Origin: Chrysomallon squamiferum
Lineage: Eukaryota; Animalia; Mollusca
NCBI GenBank assembly: GCA_012295275.1
Contig: CM022679.1
Location: 26,908,001-26,972,000, forward strand
DNA length: 64,000 nucleotides
Direction: 5' to 3'
The number at the start of each line of letters is the position of its first letter. The stretch's first letter is position 1. The notes beneath the pieces are model-generated. The model was not told the DNA's origin and ran no database searches. It worked only from the letters and a program-made list of their open reading frames with translations. Below, piece after piece: positions 1-12,200 of the stretch. The position numbers and the translations under genes were made by a program.

Positions 1-490
1 TTAACTGCAGGTGACAAACACCAATTTAAACACTTTCAACAGCAAACCTAGGTGACAAACACATCAATTTAAATATTTTTAACTGCAACCTAGGTGACAA
101 ACATTTCAATTTAAACACTTTCAACAGCAAACCTAGGTGACAAACACACCAATTTAAACACTTTCAACAGCAAACCTAGGTGACAAACATTTCAATTTAA
201 ATACTTTCAACTGCAAACCTAGGTGACAAACACATCAATTTAAATATTTTCAGCTACGAACTAAAAATAGGATCAACAGTATAATAAGAACATGCTTTAA
301 ATAAAATCAGCTTTGACTAGATAACAAACACATCTATTTAAACACTTTCAACAGCAAACCTTTATAATAAAAAATATCAATTTAAAAACTATTATCATCA
401 ACCCTAGATAACAAATAAATTAATTGAAATTCCATTAGAAGCAACCTTTAATAATCAATTTAAATATTTTCTACAGCAGACCTTGATAAC
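1..490. repeat. Degenerating ~41-nt tandem repeat in an OGDH intron
   Basis: Unit approx. AACAGCAAACCTAGGTGACAAACACATCAATTTAAACACTTTC; copies decay toward 490. Confidence 0.85.
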
Positions 491-579
491 AAAACATTTT
501 TAATATAACTACTTTAACAGGGATACGTAACAAGTATCTCACAAGGCCAACAACATGAACAACGTTCAAAGTAACTCAC

Positions 580-759
580 AAGATCAATGACTACGTCTTT
601 TCCAAACGTTGTCCTCCAGTCAGCAGCTACCTTGCACACGTGAATGACAGCCTCGGGGTCATCAGCATTCACGTGGAAGATAGGCGCGTTCACCACCCGG
701 GCAACGTCGGTGCAGTACGGCGAAGACCTGGCCATGCGAGGATCTGTGGTGAAACCAAT
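580..759 (-). CDS. OGDH: OGDH coding exon 9
   Basis: [21 protein letters not shown]...KDVVIDL|gtgagt, 180 nt. Confidence 0.95.
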
Positions 760-3700
760 CTGAAAGAGAAAACATTAAAACTTTCTGGGTTCTCAGTTTA
801 GGCAGCATGGATGGAAATTGTCTTTATTTTCTCTTCAGTCAAAAGAAAGGGTTAAGAATATTGTGCCTCTGATATACCTGAGTTACATATTTTCTGCATG
901 TTTGGCGTGAAGAAATGGTTAATATATTTCTTTGTTTCAGCATAAAGGGTTGGCAGTCTAGTTTTTAATCACATCTAAGAGTAAACAACCTACCAAACTT
1001 GCATCCACATAATCTACAGGAAAGGTTAGCATATTTGTGTCTACAAAATCTACAGAAAAATTTAACATTTGTCTACAAAATCTACAGGAAAGGTTAACAT
1101 CTATGACTACACAGTCTACAGAAAGGGTTAATATTTATGTTTATACAATCTAAAGTAAGAATATGATTCTTAACTAATATGAGTGTTAACAAGGTCAGAG
1201 TGGATGTAACCAATCTTATTGTTAACAAGATGGATCAGACTGGATGTAACTAACCTGATTGTTAACAAGATGGATCAGACTGGATGCTGCTAACCTTATT
1301 GTTAACAAAATGGATCAGACTGGATATAAGTAACCTGATTGTTAACTAGATGGATCAGACTGGATGTAACTAACCTGACTGTTAACAAGATGGATCAGAC
1401 TGGATGTAACTAACCTGATTGTTAACGACGAGGTGAATTGTTCCATGTGTGGTGTACGCAGGCAGGTCACTCAAGTGGAATGTCTCATAAACAACACCCT
1501 GTCCTGCAAAAGCAGCATCACCATGAAGTAAGATACTCATCACCTGGAACAAGTTGTAAACAAAACATGAAACAAGTGTGGGTCACGCTGACACACTGCA
1601 AAAGCAGTGAGACCAATCAAAAAACACTGTGATTATATTTAAACATTACGTATAAAAACGTGTGTCATATAAGAAGTACATGAAACTGGATTCAGTCAGA
1701 TTAAAACAACAGGAAAAGTGTGTGACACATAATAAAACAAAATTAAACGGAGTGACAGTAAAACAATACAAAACAGTAAGTCATATTAAACAAAACGGAA
1801 TAAAACCAAAGCCATGGGAAAATAATTTGAAACAAAATTTTTAGTCATATAAAAAAAAAAAACATTATTAGATACAAATCATATTAAACATAAAACAGAA
1901 CTCGGTCACATTAAAACATTATAAAACACCAATCACATTCAAATATAAGTCAAGACTCAAAGTCACATTAAAACATGAAAAGAGACTGAAAACACACACA
2001 ACAACAACTCAAAGAGTCCTGTTACACTGATTCTCCTGTAACGTCAAACAGGCTGCCAGGCTCACCTTTTTCCCGTCCGTGTCTCCCCTGTAGAACTGCT
2101 CAGCTCTCGTCTTTCCCTGCACGACGGGATCAACGGCTTCGAGATGGGAAGGGTTGGCCACGACGGCCAGTTTGATGTTCTTGTTGGTCACCCTGTTGAG
2201 GCGTTCGTGGGACATCCCCAGGTGATACTTCACGTCACCCGACCCCTCGTCAGAAGCCTCCAGCTTTGAGTCAAACTGACAGATGATCTTCTCCAGTGGC
2301 TTTCGGCAGACGTTTGCTAGAACGTTCAGGCGACCCCTGCAATGAGACAAATCTTACATGTACTGGACATCATGAATAAAATCACTTCAGTTCTGAATAA
2401 AAAAATAAGAATTCTGAATTCCAAACGGTATCTGCTCCCAAGGATATTCAGTACAGTATTCTGGACATTTTGTCAAAAAATAATCTGGGACCAAACAAGG
2501 ATCACAGACGTGTATCATGCCTGTTTTTATTCAACATGTCAAATTCATGCTCACTGAAAACTCACCTGTGAGGCATGCCTATGACAAAGCTGTCCACTCC
2601 ATAAGCACTGCAAGAATCAATGATTGTCTTCATAGCTGGGATCAGCACCTCGCAGCCTTCCAGACCAAACCGTTTCTCTGAGGACCACTTCCTGGCTAAA
2701 AACTCCTCAAACCTGCAATACAAAAAAATATTAGGCTAATGACTCTCTAAATAATCAGTCTGAAATCTGCAACAAGGAAAGTCTGTATGTACTTCTACAC
2801 AGCAGGTGTTAAACTTTGTTAAAGCTGTAAAGTCCCATATTATAAATAATCCCAGAAAGATGAAAAAAAAAAAAAAAAAAAAAGAATATGTAAGAGTTCT
2901 TTGATTATTTTTCCAAAAATATTTTCTCATATAATGTGTTTGGATACTGGCAAACCTTCAACATCATCATCACAACTTGAGAAATACTTATTTTAATACA
3001 TCTAGAAAAACAGATTTAAAAAAAAAAAACATGTCTAACTACAGGCTAACTCGACAAGTCTTCAGTACAACCACTTCTACATACGTCTGTTTTATAAAAT
3101 GATGGGCAAAGAGCAAAAATTTGAACATAAGACTCATTCCAGTTTAATGATAAAAATGTGAAGAGTTAGAAAAATGTGCAAAGACCTCGTAGATCGGACC
3201 AGCCTGGCAAGGATGAGGCGCTTTTCTTCACTGCTGAACTGCATGATTCCTGGAGGCTCAAACTTCTTCCGGATCCAGTCCGTCTGCTCAATGTTGTTAA
3301 TGAACATGAACTCAACTCCAACATGGCGGCAATACACCTCCTGCAGAAGAAAAACAAAAACTCTGAATTTTTTTTTATTATTATTATTTTTTTTTTTTTT
3401 TTATTTACAAAGATGATAACAGGTGACACGAATATAATAAAATAATTTATGAAATAAATAAACTTTTATTCTTCACAGAAAAAAAATAACAACTAGAAGA
3501 TCTATTTTTAATCTGATAACAGGTGAGGAGATTAAAAATAAACAAATAATTTATTTACAAAAAATCAAATAAAATCAAATCATTTTGGGTTTTATTTTCT
3601 CAAAAAAAAAAAAAAAAAAATTGGATAACAGATTATGTATGTATTCCTGAATATACTATTAAATATAATGTGTATTTTATTACCATAAACAGTTCTGATA

Positions 3701-4282
3701 ATTGTATTATATCTGTGTGATAAGGAATACTGTTTATAAAGTTACAAATAAAAAAAAAAATTAAATTTTTTTTAATTTGTTTTTGGCAAACCTCGAGTCG
3801 TTTGATAATTTCTCGCAGGGGCAGAGCTGCGTTGTTGCCGCCGATGTAGGTTGTGGCTGGCAAGCGAAACACACGGTCAAGATCCTGCTCCTCTGCAATC
3901 AACAAACAAACAAACTGACAGACAGACAGACAGACAGACAGACACAGAGTTCATACAGAATTATGTAATCGGTAACTCTAGGACAGAGAAATTGTTTAAT
4001 GTGCATTTCTACCTACGGTGCAAACACTTAATTTAAACCTTTTGCATTCTTTCATGTGATTACTTTTTTTCTAAATGACCACCAATCTTTTCTAAAAATA
4101 AAGTATGACTACAAAATAACCAGACTGCAGTTATCTATCAAAGCTGCCATATTAATTTCTTTTCTATGAACTTGAACCATGTTTATAAACTTAAACCATG
4201 TTCATTAACTAAAAAAAAATAAATAAATAAAATAATAAAAAAAAAAAAATAATAATTTAAAAGATAATAAAATAAATAAATA

Positions 4283-4328
<46 letters not shown>

Positions 4329-6143
4329 TTAAATAAAATTTTAAAAAAATATATTAAATTAAAAATTAATAATTACATCAACTACAGCCTGATCTGTAAC
4401 CATTTACTAATGAATCTGACAAAAAATATTAGCAAATTTGCCACACTGATCAATTAATAAAGGAAAATAACAGCTGAACTAAATCAAAATACATTTTTTT
4501 AAAATCAAAGCATGGTCTCTAGAATATACCAAATAATCACATGAAAGTTAGCAAAAATTTTACATCTTATCTGTAACATATTCACAAACACAAGTTAGTT
4601 TTAAAACTACTCTAAGTGAACTACATTATTTGATTAAAACTAAAAACAAAATAAATATATGAAATTTAGAAATTTAAACTAAAAACTGAACAAAACTGAT
4701 AAAGGCAATAAATAAAAAATGTATACAGTTAATATAAGCATAAAGAGTTATAAACTAACCTGATATCTCTACAAGATTAAATTTAAAACAAATGGAATGA
4801 AAGCTAGGGCATGTTAGTTTGAGTTTAAGCTATTAAAAAGTCAAGCAAATTAGTGAAGATTAGTGAAATTTTAATTAAATAATAACGGAAGCAAATTGCT
4901 GTGGGAATTAATGCATGCCAAATTAGCTTTGATTAAAGATAAACTGGACAGTTCATTATTTTTCTCACTATTTCACAACATACTGGTACTGATATTTCAC
5001 AATGTACTGTTATCATGTAGTACTGAAGTCACTGTATAATATATTATTAATCAGTCAATGCATAACATGAAATGATGCCATATAAAAGAATATTGATATA
5101 TCATTTTATTACAGTACTGGTGTCACTGTATAATGTAATATTAATCAGTCTGTATAATGTAATTTTAATCAGTCAGTATAATGTAACATTAATCAGTCTA
5201 TGTAATGTAATACTAATAGTCTCTCTATAATGTAATATTAATCAGTCTGTATAATGTAATATTAATCTGTCTCTGTATAATGATATACTGTATAAAACAA
5301 TACTAACATATCATTGATAATGTATGATATACTATACAAAAAAATACACTGATATATCAGTGTACATTACAGTATCAATGCCAATGTGTAACTATGATTG
5401 ATTGGTATGATACTATATTGATATCCTATTTATATTACATTATGTATTACTGATATAACATTGTGTTAGGTTATTACTTTGTATGCCACTTTGTAATGCA
5501 GTAATGATATGTCACTATACAAAGTAATAGTGTAATGTAATTATAATATGTACTGATTACGTAAGCTATTATTAATTATATATCACAGTAAACATTATTG
5601 TAAGTTATTACTGATATGTCGCTGTATAAGGTAACACGGATGTATACAATTTATTACAGATATTCATACACTATTGTACAAATTATTATTGATATGTCGA
5701 TGTACAAGGCAGTATTCATAAATCATTATCTAAACAATTATCCGTACAATGCAATACTGTAATCACAGTGTTTGTTATGGTTGATATGTCACTATATTGC
5801 AGTACTGATGTCAGTGTATAATCCAGTAATGATTATGTCATAGAATAATTTCTTACCGATATGTCACTGTATTCATTTTTACTGATGTCACAGTGTAAGT
5901 TGTTATTGTAAGTAATATTGATATGTCATGTCACAAGTTATTACTGATATGTCACTATATAAGGTAGTATTGATATGTCACTGTATGACATAATATTGAT
6001 ATCATTACTGATATGTATTACTTATAAATGTAATTTAGCAATCCTAACATAATATTATGGATTAACAGTTGATTCATTAAATTTAGTTTTTGCATCCATT
6101 GATGTTATATCTTTATAAAGAACAAATCTGTCTGTGTGTATGT

Positions 6144-6201
<58 letters not shown>

Positions 6202-9200
6202 GTAAAGTGTAAATACTAAAATTAAAGACAAAACTGCACATGACTTTCAAACACACCAAATTACACAACACAAGAACACACCAAATGCTGTTAAAGCATG
6301 CACTGTTGTTAATTGTTAATTGTTAAACATATTATTAACCAACACCAAAACTATTAACTAATACACCTATATTTAAAACTGCTAAAAGATAATTTGTTTA
6401 TTAATCTTATGTTTTTATTGTCATACTCTTATTTTTTTTTTTATATTTTTTTTCTGGATTTCATTTATTCTTGTAAATTAAAATAGGAGTTTTTATTTAT
6501 GTAGCATTTATTTCATTATTATCAGTAGTAATAATAAAATACAATGCATAAAAAAAAAAAAATTTCTTTTGTTAATACATTAAATGGGAAAAAACCCCCA
6601 AAACCCCCAACATTTATTAGGATAATACTGATGTTAACAATTTCTATATAAGGACATAAATGACCATTTAGAATGGTAGAAAAATGCCCCGACAGACCTA
6701 GTAAATCTATTGCCAATGAATACCTAAGCAGATCTAACCTGTTACTGCTGAATTAATCATATATTTTAACCATTTTTATTTTCTAACTTGACAAAATATA
6801 ACATTTATTGATTTACAGTTAAAAATTGTTTTTAAATTAAATTTCATGATTTTATGATGAAACAATAACCTTCATGAATTTTATGACAATTTGCGGTTAA
6901 CATATTGAACTTCCTGATTTCATAACGTGATAAAATACTGCAATTCATCACTTTATAATTTGATAAATACTAGACTTCATAATTTTATAATGATAAAATT
7001 CTGAACTCCACAATTTTGAAACGTGATAAAAAATACTGCTTTGAAACATTAGATTTCAAACTAATTTTTTAACATTTGCTTTCTAATATAACATTAACCA
7101 GTAAGAGAAAACTGTTTACAATGTTAAAACATGGTGCAAAACACTCATTAGTATGATTTGAAGTTTCAACTATTTCTAAACTATGTTAACAATAAGCAGT
7201 GACTTGATTAATAATGTTTCACAAATCAGACTAAAATGATTTGATCGCTGTTTACATTTCTAAAATCAAGTCACATCAACCTTTCCAAATCTATTGTCAC
7301 GTGATTAATAATGATTTGATTACTGTTTATATCTGAAAATCAGGACACTTTAACCTTACCAAATCTATAGTGACTTGACTGGCAATGTGTACATTTGTAA
7401 AAAAATCAAGTAATTTTATCCTTACCAAATCCATAGTGACATGATTAGTTATATTTATTTTTGACTCATTAGTGACTGGATCACCGTTTACATTCGAAAA
7501 ATCAAGTCACTTTATCCTTACCAAATCTGTAGTGACTTGATCAGGAATGTTTACGTTTGACTAAAATTAAATAGTGACTTAATCACTGTTTACATTTGAA
7601 AAAATACAAGTCACTTTATCTGTATCAAAAAAAATAGTGACTTGATCAGGAATGTTTACATTTGACTAAAACTAAAATAGTGACTTAATCACTGTTTACG
7701 TTTGAAAAAAGAAAATCAAGTCACTTTATCCTTACCAAATCTATAGTGACTCATGAGCAGCTGTTGAGGTGGGTTGGCCTGAAGGTCAACACTGTTGATT
7801 CCCAAAGGGTCAAGGTCAGCCAGGTGATGTCCAGCAATCTAATGAAGAGCAAACAAACAAATAGTCCACTAAACATAACTTGGATCTCAGATTGTGAAGA
7901 GTCCCCAGTCTGATGCTGTACATACTTTGAAAAGAGCAACAGCAGAAGTTTAATAATCTGTTCTTGATGATACATTCGGCAAAGCACGCGAATCAGTAAC
8001 ATCACAAAAGGTTCTTATCAGAAATAAGGAAGATCATAAACAACACTCGAAGAGTTACTGAATGATAAGCTCAGGAATACTGTCAAAATCAGAAACAAGA
8101 AATCATGAAAAAAATCAGGATTAGATATGACGGAGCATGGATGATGAAAACACAAGTGTCATATTCACTAGTCAATATATGAACAGAATCAATATATGAA
8201 CAGTTCAGTCAACAACAGTTCTCTGTCAGAAGAGGCAGTATAACAATGCCAGTCAGAAAGAGCAATATGAAGTGTACACTGTCAGAATGAGTAATATTAA
8301 CAGTTCATTGTCAGAATTGGCAATATGAACAGATCAGTCAGAATCAGTAACATTTTTCCAGTTGACAATGTGAACAGTTCACTGTCAGGATCAGCAACTA
8401 AACAGTACACTAACCAAATCAGAAATATGAACAGTATGATGACAGAATCAGCAATACCAATTAGCATCACCATCAGTAAACTAATAACATAGCATGTATC
8501 ACAGTTAGTAGAGTAATAATAACTAGTTTCACAAGAAGTAAATTGATAACGTGTTAGGTTACTAGTACATAGCCAGCAAAGTGACTAGTAACAGACCTTC
8601 TGTCACAACCAGAACATTAATTTACAAACAATTAATACAATCAGATATGTGATACTAGATTAAAATTTAGAATGTTTCTGGATGTTACTTCTATTTACTT
8701 TTTAAAATATCAATAATTCTGATTAATGTCAACTATTTATTTCCTTTAGTAACTGTGTGTAATAATTTTCTGTCACACAAAGCTAAATTACATTCATGGT
8801 CAATGGGCAAAACAAAGTTAATTTGCTTTTCATGCACATTCCAGTATTGGCAGTCAAAAACTTTGCGAAGGAACACTCCACAGTTAAAAAGGACTTCAAC
8901 AAAGAACCTATTCCATATAAATAATTTGTTAAACATAACATAGTTTTCCATGCATATATATATGTGTGTGTATATATATATATATGTCAAAGCTGTTTGC
9001 ATAAGTGCATATCTGGAAAAGTTTAGTATTTAGATATAGATAAATATATAACCACTTTGATTATTTTATTTTTTTTTTATTAAAATACTGATGATAAATG
9101 TACAATAGAAAATAATGCAAAGGATGACAAGCACCAATAAAATAAGCTACGGGATACAAAGAAAGAAAGAAAGGTTAAGAAATGTTTAAACAAAAAATTT

Positions 9201-12200
9201 TTGAAAACCAAAACTGACAACATTTTCTTACACTATAAATAATAATTTTACATATATGCATATATAAATCAGAGGGATCTCACAGGAACAATACTGGATG
9301 TAGCTTGCGACCAAATAAAGTTAAATAAAAATAATAATAACAAGTTTTAAGACTGTCATCGATATCTCTATTTTCGGCCACATACATACCAAGGTTGTAA
9401 GTCTGTAAAATTAACTCTTTGGGAGTTTCGGAATCTAAATCAGCGTCTAGAATTCCAAGAGGGTCGAGTTTAGCCACATTGTGACCTCGAGTCTGGCAAT
9501 CCCCATAAAACAAGATTGAATATCAAAGACAAGAGAGAAACAAACAATACAGTGGCCTACTGAATTTAATTAACTCAAATATTTTTTTTTTTAAATTTAA
9601 ATAATTGAAGAAAGATAAATTAAGACTTCTTTCAAACAGTTTATCATGTTACACAAAGTATAAAAATTAGTATATGAATATTTGCAAAAAAAAAAAAAAA
9701 AAAATAAAAAAAATAAGCATATTAAAAAAAAAAAGATTTTATAATATATTTATTCTTTCAAAAACAAACATTTAAATCCACAAGAACTATCCAAATTAAA
9801 AATAATTAATTTCTTTTAACAATATTTTTTTTCTCTTCTGTCATCGTGTTAGTTAGTATCTGATATATATATATATATATATATTATCATTTATTTAAAG
9901 ATGTTAGGAAGATTATTTCTCATGATCTAAAAGCCACACCTGATATGATCGTATGATTGTCTGAACTGACAGGTGATCTTCTATAACCTTCTCGTCAACT
10001 GGGGCCCCCTGAGTGACAGCATGTACTGGTAGCGTTGCCAGGGCTGCTGTTGAAGCAGAAAGTACTGGTGGACGAACGTACGCTTGGCCTGGAGGAGCCC
10101 CTTTAGCCGTCTGACGGAAAAAAGAGTCCCAAGACTGAAAGCAAGCAAAATGTAATTTAATATTAAACTGATCAAAACGTTAATTTTTAGTAATACACAT
10201 GTTTATGTCAAAATTAATTAAACAAAGGTACGTAAATACAAGAATAAATAAATATATAAATATATAAATACATAAATACATATATAAATAAATAAATAAA
10301 TAAATAAATAAATTAGTTTTGGTTCATTTGATATGCAAACAATTTAAATATTTGAGATATTTAAAACAAACAAACAATAAAAATAAGACAACAAAAATGA
10401 AAAATATTAATAACATCATTAATCTGAATAAATAAACAAGTAATAAAATAAAATAAAAGTGCAATAAAACTATGATCAAAATATTAATTTTAGTAATATA
10501 CATGTTTATGTCAAAACTAATCAAACATAAATACGTAAATTCATAAATAAATAAATACATACGTATTTAAATTCATAAATAAATAAATACATAAGTACAT
10601 ACATGAATATTCAGATTGGTTCATTTGATACACAAACAATTTAGATATTCAAAATATTTTTAAAAAATAATAATAATATTAAAACAATAAAAATGAAAAA
10701 TATTAATAACATCAACAATTTAAATAAATAAACAAGTAATTAAATAAAATAAAGTATAATAAAAAATAAAATAATTAAAAAGTTCTTAAAGTATAATATG
10801 ATTCATCAGAACTGTTAACAGAAAAGTCACAAGCCATGTTATTTTCTTAATGTTCAAGCATATTTGCTATGGGTACAGAAGGATGATTACCAGGCAACCA
10901 TTTTTTTTTTTTTTTTTTACACATTTGTCGTATTGATTTATCAACACCTATCTAAAATTTGTACAAATTATAAAAATCAAAGTCTTCCTATGAATCTGAG
11001 AAACATTGATTTTTCAGGAAATGGCCGAGAAGGTACAGCGGTGAATTTATCTGGAGACTGATCGAGATATTGGAATTTTCATACAAACAGGAACATTCCA
11101 TCTACATATAATCAATACCCAAGAGGCAATCTAACACAGCAATATAGCACTGCCTCTGTGATTGACGTCAAATGAAAAGCCATTACAACACGAACACTGC
11201 CACTGAATATATTTAGTCATTTCTTTCTATAGTAATAACATACTAATGCACACACTGCAATTAAAGCATATTAGTTTTACTCAAATTAATTATCTTTCAT
11301 CGATATGTGTGCATTTGTGTGTATGTATTTATACATGTATAGGTGCATATAATGTAATTTATTTATGTTATGTATGTATCATTGTATGTGTTTGTATCTG
11401 TCTTCGTGTAGCTATTTACTTCTTTTGAAATATTCCTAATACTCTTGCCTATAACACGTTTTTTCTCTCTAATGCATAGAAAAAGGCAGAACATGTCGAT
11501 TAAAATGAGACATTCTCAGAAAATGTACAGTTTAGTTAATTTAAAACAGTAACATCGAATGTAAACCAAGTCAAGAAGGTTTTGAGGATGATAATGACTT
11601 CATTATTTCGATACTGGATAGGTGATAACTGATTTATGTAAAGGCTGGATGGACTATCAAGATGATAAGTAACAATTATTTAAGAACTGAATGGATCATA
11701 ATGCCTTTACTACTTATAAACATTGTGTAGAAAAGTATTAAATATAATGTTTTTTTTTTTAAATTTGCAATAGGATGGATAACAGTGTGTTATTATTAAC
11801 TTAATATTGTGGATAACAAAGTTAACTATTTAAATGTGGGTTGACGATGATCTTGGGACTGTCATATGGAAATCAAAACGTGGAAAAATACTTCATAAAT
11901 GTTTAACCAACTCTCTCAATTCTAGATACAACACAAAACCAGCAGTTATGGTGATACTGCAGAATAAAAATGTTTTTTTTAGTTCTAAAACTGATCCAAA
12001 TGAACTCATAACAGTGGTAAATATAATATATCAACCTCCTTAATGTTCTATGAATAAACATGAGTAGCTAACTGGTTTGGGATTAGTCTAAAGTCTAACT
12101 GGTTACGTTTGAAGGTAATAATAATGAGTCAATTTCACATTTCTAGTAACACACTCGGCAAATGAGGCACTGAATACACCTACATATTCTTACTCTGAAA

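Noticed and set aside
7751-8005. 84-aa minus-strand ORF in the ORF track
   Set aside because: Wrong frame; the real coding signal is OGDH exon 3b in another frame.
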